NCBI RefSeq assembly: GCF_004010195.1
Contig: NC_057717.1
Coordinates: 23,657,503-23,721,502 of the forward strand
DNA: 64,000 nt
Reading direction: 5' to 3'
From: Chiloscyllium plagiosum
Taxonomy: Eukaryota
How positions within the stretch are numbered: the stretch's first letter is position 1; the number at the start of each line of letters is the position of its first letter. Position numbers and translations under genes: made by a program. The notes under the pieces were generated by a model. The model did not search any database. It worked only from the letters and a program-made list of their open reading frames with translations, and was not told the origin of the DNA. Positions 26,072 to 40,483 of the stretch are shown one piece after another.

Positions 26072-26162
26072 CATGAAGAAGGGTTTATGCCCGAAACGTC
26101 GATTCCCCTGTTCCCTGAATGCTGCCTGACGTGCTGCGCTTTTCCAGCAACACATTTTCAGC
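26072..26162 (+). mobile_element. 91-bp Penelope-end/hammerhead insertion with 13-bp target-site duplication
   Basis: AGTTGTAAATAAT at 26059-26071 and 26163-26175 flanks ATGAAGA-A-GGGT-TTAT-GCCC-GAAACGTC... Confidence 0.8.
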
Positions 26163-29100
26163 AGTTGTAAATAATTGTTCATCAATTATTGTCTCTTATA
26201 TTTTTTGAAATAAAGTTGTTACTTTTAATTAAACGAGTTCTTGGCCTGTCGAATTTTTACAGATTAATCACAGGATAAATCTTTTCTGCAATAAATTTTA
26301 ATTAGTCATCAGTGTTTACTCTGTATCGGAGCAGTTTGAGGGTTTGTTTCCATGATTTGAACCGGTTGACAGATTTGAATCGATACGCAGATAAAAAAAA
26401 AACACATTTGCAGATTAGTGTCCTAGATCTTCTAATAAAACTACACTGAGACAATTTGTTTAATTTCGGTCACCGTTGGTTGATTAAATTAAAATTGAAA
26501 GAAAAACATTTTATCATTGGTGAAGAAGTCCGGGAATTTAAAGATGATTCTTAAATTTGCCAAGAAAGTTGAAAAAGAAAGAAAGAATCCATACGTTTAT
26601 CATTAGCAAATAAATTAGATTTGTGTTTCAGCAAGGCCAGACGTAAAGCGGAAATAGTAAGATAATTACACAAAAACTGAGATGTGTCAGAGAAACAGAC
26701 AAGTGCAATAGAGGCAGAAAAAAGTTACACTGCAATTGAGGAAATTGGACTTAGAAGATAAACAAAGGTATAGAGAAAGAGAAATAGAGAGAGAAGGGAG
26801 TGAGAGAAAAAAGAGGGAGCAGGTTATTCACAGAGCCATGAGAGAGAGAAGAAAGCGAGAGACAAAGAGAGAGAGGAAAAAAAAGAGAAGGAAAATTTTA
26901 CTTCAGTAGAAAGAGAGGGAATTTGAACCTGAGACGTTGTGGTTTTTCAGCAAAGTCAATTTAACAGAATGGAGATGAAAAGAGAAAAGAGTGAGAAATG
27001 TGTGTGTGTGTATGGTCAGAGTTATTATGTGTAATTGTAGTTCAGAATAAATTGGTAAGCAGAGCTAGTGAGACATTTGCTGAACTGTCAGATGAGGGGT
27101 AAATGGATTATGAAAAGGTTAAGCAGGCGAATTTAAGTGCTTTTGAATGGGTGCAGGAATCATGGAGATATCAGTTCAGAAACACAAAGAAGAAAGCAGG
27201 TCTGATGTATGTTGAGTTCAAAAGAATTGAATATAGTCATTTTGATCGATGGGGGCGTGCTTTGAACATACATATGTTCTTTGAGATTCTAAGAGTGATT
27301 ATCCTGCTGGAGGAGTTTAAAATCTCATTTCCAGCGATGGAAAGAATTCACGTGGAGGAGCTGAAAGTTCAGCAAGTGAGAAGGCCAGACGAATACATGT
27401 TGGTGCGTCAGAAACACTTACAACCAGACTTTCGTCCTTTGAGGGATAGAATTTGGGAGAAGGGATATCTAACAATACTAAACCAAAAGTATAGCGGACG
27501 GGTTAGATTTTATCTCAGGACAAAAAAAGGATGCCCAACAGCTTGCAAAGGAGGTGAAAGGCCTCAGGTATTTTCACTGAATTGACGAGAGATACAGAAA
27601 ATTACAGTGCTAGTGGTTTCCGAAAGACACTGGGAAAAGGAGATTTGACTACAAGAATTTGGGACTCGCAAAGTCGCAGTGCTGGTCGTTAAAGAAGGGC
27701 ACTGTGGAAAAACGTGTGGTAAAAGAAGCAAAGCAAGTAGCATTCGAGAAGGTAGTAGAGGAGACCCCAAGAAGAGCAGGAGAGTGCAGAGCCTAGACAT
27801 GGGTTGGGTTGGAACTAGTATCTAATCAATACACAGACTTTGCATCTGGGAATAAAGTTTATTCAGAAAGAACAGGGTGAGAAGGGCAAGGAGTTATAAC
27901 TTGATAGATTCAGGACCTAACCAGTCTCTGATAGTGAGGGATGAGCGAATATGCACTCTTTCATATCTGTTACACAAGAATGTGGTAACCTATGGGATAG
28001 TTTCAACAAATTGCTCAGGAATTTATCATTCCCCTTTGTAAGATCGAGTTGGAGTACCAAAATTCAGTGGGAGTGATTGACGGAGTATTAGTTCCAGGAA
28101 TTCGTTTGTTTTGGGAATGTGTGACACCCTTTTTTGTGGAGAAGCCCAAAGATGTTGAAGAAAGTGAGAAGTTAAACAGAAACATCCTAGTATTTTCCTA
28201 GCCTGTGTGGTAACCAGTTCACACTTTCATAATGCATAGCAAAAAGCGAAAAGTAAAGAGAAAGATGAAGGAGTTGAGGTTCACAAAGCGGAAATTCAGG
28301 AGAAACCTGAACAGGCAGAGGGTCAGAAAGAAATGTTACGTCCTGAAAGTCTGAGGGACTTGCAACATCAAGAAGAGATTAAAAGCATATATATGTGCAT
28401 AATCTGAAAAGGAGGTATAGAATATTTTGGAGGGTTATAATCTGAAAGATCAAATATTAAAGCAGAAATGGAGACAATGGCAGGTTAGTGCAGATGAGAA
28501 ATGAACCAACGTGCACCAGATTGTGTCGCCATAGGCAGGAAAGTAACACACGAACTACCTGAAGGAGGTCACCTCGCGCTACGAAGGAATCAGACAAAGG
28601 TACAAAAAACCTTTTTCTTGCCCTGTAATCCAAAAGCATGTGGTCACTTTCTGCCGCATGTGTCATATGTTCCAAATGCTAGGTAAGCCACAGGCGGTAA
28701 TAAAACCTATGTTACCAATTCTTGCATTCAAAAAACATTTCACGTCGGTTATAATTGATTGTGTAGGTGCCTTCCTGAGAACTAAAAGTGGGAATCAGTC
28801 CTACTTAACCATATTGGATGTGTCTATCCGGTTTTCAGAGGCACTTCCATTTAGGGGTCAAATTTTACTACAATGTTGTTTAAGGAGGTTATGGATACCT
28901 TAGGTCGACTATACTTTAATCCAATGCGTATCATCCTCAATCCGAGGAAGCTTTTGAACGGTGGCATCAGACCATTAAAACCATGTTAAAAGCATATGGT
29001 CAGCCCGACCTGAATGATTGGGATAAAGGTACCCCATTCGTATTGTTTGCCATCAGAGATGCTCCAGATGAATCTATTCAGTTCACTCCCTTCCAATTAA

Positions 29101-31483
29101 TTTTCAGGTATAAAGTGAGAGGCCCTTTGAAATTAATTAAAGAAGCTTTGAATAGAACCAAAGCCAGAGTTCTCATATTAAGATGATGTATTGGAGGTAA
29201 GGGAGACACGGAAACGTGGGGTGGGTCAGATGCACAGCACCAAAAGAGGGCACACTGCAGAATGAACACGGTGACAGATTAAAGCTTTGAGATTCGGGCG
29301 TTGTCCCGGGGGATGATTTGTTAATACTGTAATCAGGTATTAGGAGATCCATTCAAAGCCAGTTTTAGTTTTTACTATAATTTTGAGGAAAGAAATTGAG
29401 TCAGTTGAACGATCTGGTGAAGATGCCAGATAGAAAAGAAAAGGTATTGCATGTGTGATGTGAACATCTTGACACCCAATTATACAAGAGTGAACGAATT
29501 GGAGAAACAGGTGTGAGTTACTGCTCTGCAGTGTGAGAAATCAAATCCAGATGTTATGGATTTCAATGTGCTTCAAAAAGATTTTAAAATGACAAGGTTA
29601 TTGAGTAACGAAATAGAATAATAAAAATACATCTGTCTCAAGAGCACAGACTACATTAAAAATTGTTACTACAGTATATGGACATATGCAAGAATCAGAG
29701 AGGGAGGACTCATACTATTTCACATGAAGTATACATAAGGAATACTGCTCTGATTAAACAACCACCCCCCACCAGCTTAATCCTTTCAAAGCCAGACAGA
29801 TCCAAATGGCGGTGGAGGCTATGCTCGATGAAATGTTGTTGAACCAAGCCAGAGCGATTGGACTTAAACGATCGTCTTAATTCCCAAACTTTATGCGACT
29901 CAATGATACTGAGTAGCTGACTGGAAGGTCAACGCTATTAAAAAAATCGGACTCATATCCAATTCCTCGATTGGGCGAATGAATCGAGAAAGTCGTACAA
30001 GCCAGTTACATCACCAAGTTGGACTTACTGCGTGATAACTGGCAGTTGCCTTTATCAGAGGCGATGATAAAAATGTCTATGTTTTAACCCCAAATGGGCT
30101 GTATTAATTAAACGTGATGAACTTCGAAATGAAGAACGCACCTGCCACATTCCAAACACAGTTGTGGCTGGATTAACTAGCTGTGCAGTCTGTTTGGACG
30201 ATGTGGTGATACTTAGTAAGTCCGAGAAAGATCACATGGTACTCTTGTCAGAACTCTTTAGACAAATATAAGAAGCAAAATTGGAGATAAACGTAAATGA
30301 AACAGAATTTGCGAAAGTAGAGGTGACCTTCTTGGAACAGAAAATCGGTAATCGTAGGTTGACCCACGGAGCACAAAGACAAAGATTATTGAGGAATTTC
30401 CACGACCAAACTCGGAGAAAGAGGTGCTTCGTTTCTTTGGACTCCACGGATTGTATTGGAAGTATGTTCCAAACTTCAGCACTGTAGCGACACAGTTAAC
30501 CAATTTGCTGAAGAAGAACACAAATTTTATGTCGGCAGAAGAATGCAATTAAGCATTAAAACATTTGAAATCAATATTAACCATCAAACCAGTTTCAGCG
30601 ACACCAAACTTTCAAAACCTTTTAAAGGTCGCCATCAATGTAGTGACAATAGGTTTGGCGCTGTACTACAGGAAAATGAGACTGGGAATAAACTGCCAGT
30701 TTGTTATTTTCCGAAGATCAAGATCTATCAGAGGGAATATTTCACGATCGAAAATAACTATTGAGTCTCGTACTGGCCTTACATCATTTTGAAGTGTATG
30801 TAACGAACAATGTGTCAGAGATCGTTGTACACACGGATCACAATCCAATTACATATATAGAACGCTTTAAAGACAAGAATATGGGACTATTTCGTTGGAG
30901 CCTGAAGTTACAGAATTTTAATTTAGTAATCGTGCATGATGCGTAACGTAATAAAGCAATTGCAAATGCATTTTCGCAGATTAACTGATAAGGCTTAGAT
31001 GAGATTTGTATTGATTTAATGTTTAATGGACATGCAGATATATGGGGAGACGTTAAAGTGAACGTAGAATAATGTTATCGGTATGTTAGGGTAATTTGTT
31101 GAAAGAATAGTAAAAAATGAAGCCATCTTTTCATTGTGATCGTTCATACTTTTCATAAGGGGGACGTGTTATGAAGGTGCAGATGTGTACTGTACCTTTA
31201 CAAAAGTTAAAAGCGAGCAGAATTACCTGACAGTGCCAAGTGTTCTGAAGAAGACACAATGTAATCTTTTGGTCTAGTAGCTCCAGTTATTGGTTGCCTG
31301 GAGACAAAAATAATTTCGAATTAGTCAAATGAATTTAAATTACACCCTCTTAAAATAATCTCCAATCAGGTTGGAATTTAATATATTGACCATGTTAAAA
31401 ACCAATGACACAATCGGATGTTTTGAGGGTATAACAAAGAGAAAACTTGAACAGTTAAGGGAGAACTGCCACCAGACCAACAG

Positions 31484-31812
31484 GATGGCACAATGGCTCA
31501 GTTGTTAGCACTGCTGTCTCGCAGTGCCAGGGTCCACGGTTTGAATCCCAACTCAAGTGACTGTTTGTCTGGAGATCACACATGCTCCCCGTTTGTGCGT
31601 GCATTTCCGCCAGGTGTTCCCGTTTCCTCCCACAATCCAAAGATGTGCCAGTCATGGGATTTGGCAATGCATAATTGCCCATAATGCTCGGTGCATTAGT
31701 CAAGGATAAATATAGCGTATGGGAATGGGTCTTGGTGGCTTACTCTTCAGAGTGTCATGTGAATTTGTTTACGAAGGGCCTACTTCTATACTGTTGGGAA
31801 TCAAATCTAATC
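31484..31812 (+). mobile_element. HE1-type SINE inserted in 3' LTR
   Basis: GGCACAATGGCTCAGTTGTTAGCACTGCTGTCTC...CCCACAATCCAAAGATGTG; paralog at ~48858-49186. Confidence 0.8.
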
Positions 31813-32112
31813 TGAAAGATGTAGGCTTCCAGGAAGAACTCTTGGAGAGGTACCTGTCTGTAGTAGAGGTTTGCACAGAGGGAAAAAAAACATTGACACT
31901 GAACTGAAGAGTAAATCTACAGAGGGAAGATTCGACAGCTGCCTGGTTTTGAAATTTGAATTGTTTAGTAAATCTTAATCAGGATTTTTATTGGACTAGT
32001 ATCATACTAGGGAAAGTAAAAGATCGGTTAGAGGAAGCAGTTGTGAATATTTGTGAGTTAATTATTACATGTTTTACATTACGAAATAAAATTGGTAACT
32101 TTTACGATTAAA

Positions 32113-32403
32113 GGGCGGCACGGTGGCTCCGTGGTTAGCATTGCTGACTCACAACGCCAGAGACTGGGTTCGATTTCTGCCACAGGCAACTGTCTGTGTG
32201 GGATTTGCACATTCCCCCGTGGCTACGTGTGTTTCCTCCGGGTACTTTGGCTTCTTCCCACAATCCAAAGATGTGCAGGTCAGGTAAATTGGCCATGCCA
32301 ATTTTCCCATAGTGAGATGGGTCTAGGTGGTTTGCTCTTTGCAGGGTCGGTATGGACTTGTTGGGCTGAAGGGCCTGTTTCTATACTGTGAGAACCTAAT
32401 CTA
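32113..32403 (+). mobile_element. HE1-type SINE inserted in 3' LTR
   Basis: GGGCGGCACGGTGGCTCCGTGGTTAGCA...GGGCTGAAGGGCCTGTTTC; paralog at ~49488-49766. Confidence 0.85.
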
Positions 32404-35400
32404 AGAAAAAAACATTCTTGGCCTCTCAAGTTTTCACAGATTACAGTACGAGATAAATCTTTTGTGTTGCTGTTTGAAATTAAGCAGTATCGTTTAACCC
32501 GTGACGTAGCACAAGTCACATTTTACCTCTTGGAATTGATATATCCATAATAGTTTCCGTGGTGTGAAGCACATTCGCTGTTTGCCAGACACCCTGTGTG
32601 AAAACACATGCAACGATGTCACACATCATGATGCAAATAGCATCGTGTTCTATCAGGATGGACAGGAGATTCATGTTCTTTAGACCTTGCAATGATGATG
32701 GACAGTGAATCAACTTGTGACCCTGATGCCGCATTAAGCTCAGTGAGTCCCTCAATGCTTAACTTTAGGTCAAGTGGAGTCACAACAGCAGGACTGACTT
32801 TCGTCTGTATGGCCGGATGTTCTTGAACATGATTGGAACTTCCGGGCTGCACAATATCAAATGTGCTAAATTGTGCATCATCCATCTCGAACCTTTATCT
32901 TGCATCTGTGGAAAATCCCATTATGACATCTAATCTCCATCATACTGAACATGCGGACCGGATACAGTTACTGAGATTTTAAAAAGTTGACTGAGTCCTG
33001 CAGTTCATGGTGAATCAGTCTAAAAATATATCGGGGGTATTCGTCTCCACAGTGCATACTGTGACCGACCAGACAGAGACCATGCTCATTCATACTCCAT
33101 CAATGTGCTCTCAATACAAACCCATTCTGCACAGTGCAGTGAAACAGATAATGATGTACATTACTGAGGAGCCTGGTAACTGACAAAAGTTCGCTTTGAA
33201 CTTAACAAGTGATGCATCAGGATTCTCCTTACTAAATAGAATTAAAATAATTATCAGTGAAAGAGTAATTATGATTTAACGCAGAGATTTGCAAAACGCA
33301 TGATAGACACTTACAAGGAAAGCAACGCTGGCAGCGATGGATTGGTACACTTTCTCGGACATTGGCCTTAGAAAGTAAGTTTTGTTGTTGGTGAAACAAG
33401 CTTTCCCTTCCTGCTACTGGTCACCTCTCGGAATTGGAGAATTCTCTGGAATTGAAAATGACAAAGTTCCAGACACATTACTTTATGTTACGTGTGATCT
33501 CCACTGGAAAACTGTGATTACAGTTTCAATCTTTTTTAATCATTCTGAACAGATTAAGACACGGGTTTATTTTTGTGATATGATGTTTCAACGTAAGTCG
33601 TTATTTACATACCTCAAAGATTAGATTACTCAGATCCTGTTTGGTGTCAAATATCAATTGTAATTTGTCCACTGAAACAAGGCTTGCATTACTTCACACA
33701 TAACAGTCCGATCAATATCTACATATCTTTTGATATGCTTTCCATTGATGAGCTACCTGTTGCTGAGGCTGTTCGGTCATTCAATACGCCATCGTGTCGA
33801 GCTCCTTGAGATCTTTTCTCCTGCACACTATTCCTCCACTGTCTTTCTTATTGCGGAAATTCTCCCTGTGAATCAGTAGTGTAATACAGTTCATGAAGCT
33901 GATACTAAGCACAATAAAAGATGGAACTTAATATTTTCTCAAAACAAAGAGAAAAAGGAACACAGAACCTTCACTTCATCATCAAGAATGCTGTCAACAT
34001 GCTGGACAGAGGTGTCCAATCAATCCATGTAGATTTACCTCCAATATGACACTTAAATCTACATAAGTCTCGCTTATCAGTACTTTATCCATACTCCTGA
34101 ATGTCATGACATTTCGAGTGCTTATCCAAATATCTTTTTTTTAAGTTGTGAGGTTTCCTGTATCAACTACCCTCCTGGCCAGTGCTTTTCAGGCTGCTTG
34201 CGTCCTCTAGCGAGAAGATCTTTCCTCATGCATCCTCTGAGCCTCCTGTCTCTCAGCTTAAAATCATGCCATATTGTTATTGGTCCTTTGACTGATGAGA
34301 ACAACTGCTTCCTATTCTCTCAGTCTATGCCCCTCATTGTCTTATAAACCCCGATCTCTGCTAGAAAGAAAGAAACCAGAGCTTCTCCAGCCTCCTCTTC
34401 ATAGGTAAATTGCTACAGATCAAGCATCATTCTGGTGAATCTTATTTGCACTGTCTCCAGGAATTAGATCTTTCCTACAATGCAGAACCTCACACTATAC
34501 ACCAACTGTGGCGCACCGACAGTACTTCCCTTCTTTTATACTCTTTTCCTCAACGGGTAAAGGCACATGTCCTGCTTGCCTTTAAAAATTCCCTGTTAAT
34601 GTATGCTTCATTCGAGGATCAGTTACCAATTATCTCAAGATCTTTCAGTTCGTTAGTGGTTCTTAGTGTCCTGTCATTCACTGAGTATTCCCTTGTCTTT
34701 TAACCTTTAACAAGTTGCATCATCTCGCACTTATCAGGATGAAATTTCATTAGCACTGACCTGCCCGTATGAATAATCTATCAATTTCAACCTTTAAGCA
34801 CGGAATACTTTCCTCACTGCCAACAACTTGTTTAATACTCATGTCATTTCCAAACCTATTTATCAATCCTCAAACCCCGGTACAACAGGTAGCACCTCTA
34901 TTCCCTCACACAAAATGATGCATACTATTCTATAACGTTAATGAATTCCACAAGCAACAAGGGGCATATCATGTTCTACTCAACAATAATTTGTTATTAA
35001 ATTGAGCTGCTGTTAGATAAATTCAGGGCATAGTTAAGAGGTAATCACTTTACTGTATGTCTCGCGTAACGCACAAGCCAGACCAGGTAAAGGAATCGGA
35101 TTTACTCATTCCTAAAGTACATTAGTGGAGCAGATGTGTTTTTCTGACTCTTGACAGTTAGATACCTATTCCAGGTTGTATTGACATTGATTTTCACCAT
35201 GTGCCGAAGTGGGATTTGAACCCATTTTACCAGACTATTGCTCAGGAATTCTGGATCACTTGTACCAGTGGCATTACCACCACACAACTATCCTCCTCTG
35301 GTAAAAGGCAAAACAACTGTATCTTGAGGAGAAGATTTGTAAAATATATTAACAGGAGAGTACATGTGGAAAGAGCTGAGGATTTCAAAATGATTCTCCA

Positions 35401-36029
35401 CTGTCGCAGAATATATGTCGCACCTGTTTCGGGAGTTATTCTTAGTCTAAGTGTCTAACAGCATTGAAGAAGACTTTTCGATTCAGTCAGTCAATGCCGA
35501 CCATGTACCTAATTGAACTGGTCTTACCTACCTGATCGTAGCCCGGATCCCTTCAAACCTTTTCAATTCATGAACTTATCCAAATGAATGTTAAATATTG
35601 TAACTGCACCTTCATCCATCACTTGCGCTGGCAGTTCAGTCTACGCATGAAGCATTCTGTGTAAAAAAAGTCCTTCATGTCATTTTGAAATCATTTCATT
35701 CTCTCTTTAAAAATATGCCCCCTTGTTTTGAACACCCCCGTCCGATGGAAAAAAAGTTCTTGCCATTCACATTGTCTATGTCCCGCTTTATTGTCTAAAA
35801 ATCAAAATGTCTTCCCTCAACCGTCAATGCTTCATTGAGTAACGTGTCAGTTTATCCTTTATCTTGATCCTAAGGAGGTGTTTTAGCAAATATTTTTGGT
35901 CCTTTGTTCAAAAATAAATGTGTTGAGACCTCCCACGCTCGCACTCAAACATTCGTAAAAATCTACTACCTCCACATTTTGTTTAGGACAAGGAATTGCA
36001 TTAGAAATTTCTCTATTCATGTATTCCTC

Positions 36030-36630
36030 GACATTCGTGTGTGTAGAAGTTAATGCCTGTGTGTTCGTGTATGCATGTGAGTCTCAATGTAGCGTCACGT
36101 GTGTGTCCGTCTCTGTGCATACATATGGATGTTTGCGTGTGTGTACATGCATGAGTTTGTGAAGGTCTGAATGCATGTGTGTTTGTGTGCCTCTGTGTGG
36201 TGTCTGTATGCGTGTGTCTCTGTGTATGTTCGTTTCTTGTCTCTATCTGTCTCTGCACATCTGTCTGTATATGTGTTTCTGTCTGTGAATCTGGGACAGT
36301 GGCTATATGAGCTTTCAGGTATATGCGTGTGTGTTAGTGTATGTTTCTGTGTTGTGGGCATTGCAGTGCATCTCTTACTTCTTTTTATCTCTGTGTATGT
36401 CTCTTTGTCTTTCCCTGTGTTCGTGTCTGGTGTGTGTTTATGGATGCATCTTTGTGTGTGTCTCTGGGTGTTTATATGTATTGTGTCTTAATGCAACAGT
36501 ATGCTTGCATGATTGTCTGCATGTCTGTGTCTTTATCTCTGTGCATTCGGTTGCTTGTTATTTTAGCGATGAAGTCTTTGAAACAGGGTAAACTCTTGTC
36601 TCTCTCTGCCTGTCTCTCTTGTGTTTGAAG
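36030..36630. repeat. degenerate (TG/TC)n low-complexity tract
   Basis: GTGTGT/TCTGTC-rich; paralog at 53380-54170. Confidence 0.85.
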
Positions 36631-38054
36631 TGATACTGTCGATGCTAATGTTTATCTCCCTCCAGTGAAACAAGGCCATCGTCTGCTGGACGCTGCAGAT
36701 TAAATTTTTGGAGGAAACAACTAAATCTGCAATCGTCTCACATTGCATGTTTCGTTCTTCAAATAATGCATTTCGAGAAATAAGAGATTTACCCAATTCC
36801 TTGAGATATTCTTTGCTGAGATATGAAGGGAAGGAGATGAACACGACCAGTGCTGATCTCATACCCTCCACGTTTGAATTATTTCTCACTTAGAATTTCT
36901 GATTGTACATCAGAAAAAAACCGTAAGCTGTAAAAAGTGTAATCAAATTGACCCTATCTTCCAATGAAACGTTTCACTCGCTGGTACATGTTAGCAATTA
37001 CAGTGGAAACACTCTATTTAATGTGTATAATGACAGGAATACTGCAAAAAGACAAATTAATGTCACATTGCAGTGGGAGCACAACAAATCTGCACAAGAA
37101 CATATTGTTCACTGAGGGACATCAGTCCAATTGCAAGCCTCTCTATGCCACGCTTAAGTGTGTCCCTGTATGTGTGTATCTATTTGCCTGAGTGTGTTGA
37201 TGGTGCTGCCAGTTAGGATGGTGCTGTCCTCTCTGTCTCCCTGACTCATTGCATCCTTGATGGTTTTCACCCTCGACCAGCCCGACGTGCAATGGGACAG
37301 GGAGTCCAGCAGCTTTGTATCGCTTCCAACACAAGGGAGGTTGAATGCACTATTTTCCCTCCACCCTAAAACACGATATTTCTGATTAGACGACATTGAA
37401 TGATCAGCACATTTGAATTGGACAGTTTGGTGTTGAAAAACAGGAAAGCGTGACATTTGATTCGTGGGTAGGTTTTGATAATTTCATGTGTTCACTTGTC
37501 AACATTTCTCACATTATAACAGCATATCATTGACTGTTTGTGCCACTGAAATGGGGTTTGTTGTATGATTACTGACTGTGCATATAATAGTCAACCGTTT
37601 TCAGATGACTTATTCTATTTCATCTGAACACTGTGAAGGATTGGATTTTGATGAAGACTTAAGGAGGATTCCAAGCTGGTCGAACAATCCAGGAGGAAAT
37701 TCTGTTTACATGGGCAATTCATTTTGCACTACGATGGGGACTCCGTCGGTTCCCAGCTCAACACTGCTTGCATTGGGATAAGGAATCTCTGTCAAGAGTG
37801 CGATGGAATATTTCCGACTTGTTTGGATAGGTGCAGATCCAACAACATTCTGGAAGTTTGACACCGTCCAGGAGAAATCAGACTGTTTCACTGACAGATA
37901 TTCATAATCATTTACAGCACCATATGGCCCACTGCAGAAATTGTCCAAAGGGCCTTAGACAGCACCTTCCAAACCCATGACCACATGCATTTGGAAGGGC
38001 AAGGGCAGCAAAGATACCAGCCTTGCCAAGCCCTATAAGGCTCCAAACAAAACT

Positions 38055-38400
38055 GGGGTGGCATGGTGTCTCGTTGGTTAGCATTACTGCCTCCCAGGAA
38101 TCCACGTTCGATTCCAGCCTCGGCTAATTGGCTGTGTTGAGTTTGCAAATTCTCCCCGTCTCTGCATTGGTTTCCCGCCGGTGCTACGCTTTCCTCCCAC
38201 AGTGCAATAATGTGCAGGTTAGCTGAATTGGTCATGCTAAGTCACCTGTAATGTTCAGGGCTTTATAGGTTACGTGCATTCGTCAGGGTAAATGTAGAGT
38301 GATTGGATACGGGAATGGGTCAGAGTGAATTATTCTTCGGAGGGCCAGTGTGGGCCTGTTGGGCCGAAGAACCTGTTTCTATACTATAGGATTACTAATT
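38055..38400 (+). mobile_element. HE1-type SINE
   Basis: GGGGTGGCATGGTG..TGGTTAGCATTACTGCCTC..GAGTTTGCAAATTCTCCCCG; paralog at ~59085-59430. Confidence 0.8.
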
Positions 38401-40483
38401 CTAGTCCACGTGTCTTACACAAGTGCAGCACAGCAGAGCATGTAGGGCTCCTTTAGTGGAAATCTTTGAGTGCTGGGATTGCGGTGATAATTGCACTGTG
38501 AATCTACAGAGCTGCGCATGACAAATGTCTTGACGTGTAAGTATCAGGAGGGCAACTTGTCAAGATTTGAATCTCCTGACCAGAGACGGTGGATGAGAAT
38601 TTCCAGAAGAGATGGTTGTTTCATCAAGCTTCAAAAATCCAAATGGATGCATGTTCTTCATTCCTCTGCTTAATAACAATAAAAAAAGAACTACCATATA
38701 TAAATTAGCCAACATGTCCAGCCTCTTCTGCCGTTTTTGGAAGAGAGTTCCAAACCTCTCCAACATATTGTGTGCAGACGTACTTCCCAACATCTCTCTT
38801 CAATGGTCTGGGCTTCATTTACAGACATTGTTCCCTCATTGCAGAATCCCATCCAATTGAAAGAGTTTATCTCTTCCTTTTACTATCTTTCATTAATTCG
38901 CTCAGATCACGCCTTAACCTTCAAAGTTCGAGAAAAAAAAGGCTTCACTTGTATATCAAAAATCGAAGTTGTTCATCAGGTCTTACAGCAGCTGCGGCCG
39001 AAAGAAACAGAGTTATTTTTTCGTGTTCATTGACCCTTCTTTAGAACTAACTAGCTTTATTTCTTCCGATACCTATAAACCATATGAACTGGAAACAGAT
39101 GGCAGAAAAATGAGATCAGAAAGCGCTGCATTTGCAATTAAGTTCGGAGAATCTGTCAGCTGAGAATTGTAAGGAGAATATTGCTCAGTGAACTGCTATC
39201 ACTCTTTCTGTGTCTGAATAAGGTGACAAGTCAGTGAGTTGGGGGGATTATTGTTCAAAATCTAGATTCAGAGAGGAGATCAGCAGACGATCAAAACACG
39301 TGCAATTATCATTCTGCCATACCAGGATTGCTAATGAAGACCAGAATGGTGATGATCATCTTCTGCACATGTTGAATTGTTCAATGCATTTCTCGGTGCA
39401 AATCGATCTCTCTCCTCAGACAATTGACAAGCTCCTTGCTTGAAACTCTGAGCTGATGCAATCACACAGACGTTGCCTTATATTATACATAAGCACTTTG
39501 TGGAGATCGAGACTGAAGCATTGCTCAGATTTGTTGCTGTTTATTCAAATCTCTGAGAAATGAAGAAACTAATTGTAATAACAAGTTTAGTCCCAATTTT
39601 AGGGAAACATTGCTTGTCAGTTCATGTTAATTGGCTCACGTTGAGGTATTCCAGAAGTGATATCATAGACCTGATTCAAACCCTGCAATGATAGATGCTG
39701 TGACTTCTAAGTTGAAATTTGTATGTCTTGTGCCCGTTGACCCAGAGTCACTTGTTATAGAAAAACCCATCCAATTCAATAAAATCCCTGACGGATAAAG
39801 AAGCTGCTTTTCCGATCTGCTCAAAGCTACATGTGACTCCGGATGCACGAAAATTGTTTTGATTGTTGCAGGTCAGTTATCTTAGCTCCAGGATGCCCCT
39901 GCAGGAATTCGTCAACGTTCTAGTCGATATTAAATGCCCAATGTTCACCAGCATTCTTAACTTGCCAAATCCTGAAGGATTCCATTTCACAATGGAGCAA
40001 GATTCTGGCAATGTGCAGGCCTGGGCAGACGAGTGAAATTAATTTAACAGCTGCTAAACAAAATAATCAAATCAACACATCTGGAAATTAAACGGCGTTT
40101 CTACTACTGGTATCCAACATTCAACATCCTGGGAGTTACCGTTAATCCAAAAATGAATTGCCCTCACAACATAAATATTGTGGTTACAAGAGCAGGGCAC
40201 GTGGCAAGTACACAGCTGTGAGTATTGAACTTCTTGACTTCAAGAGCTTCTCCAGTACTTGCAACGCGCACGTCAAAAGTGTGATGGAATACTCCGCACT
40301 TGACTGGTCAAATGTTTCGCCAACCCTCACGATGTTGCACAACACCATGATTAAATTTTCATGCAAAATGACAATGCTGCGGACATTTGATATCTGAAAT
40401 GAGAGCAGAAAGCGCTGGAGAAGTTTAGCAAGTCCATCAGCATACTTGGAGAGAAATACAGATTTAACGTTTTGAGTCCAAAA

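Larger units (their letters stand above)
25525..32511 (+). mobile_element. Gmr1-type Gypsy LTR retrotransposon (decayed), copy 1
   Basis: LTR-like blocks 25525-26333 and 31167-32511 (TG..CA; polypurine tract AAGGGGGACG before the 3' LTR). SCAN-like gag (DYEKVK..YQFRN..IILLEEFK, 27103-27585). Integrase (CRMCHMFQ, IIDCVG, WDKGTPFVLFAIRDAP; ~28500-29190) lies upstream of RT (MKNAPATFQ, CLDDVV; ~29750-30450) and RNase H (VHTDHNPI; ~30560-30990). Confidence 0.85.

Noticed and set aside
36013-36628. Overlapping Cys/Val- and His/Thr-rich ORFs (also 53362-53980)
   Set aside because: Translations of degenerate TG/CA microsatellite, not genes.
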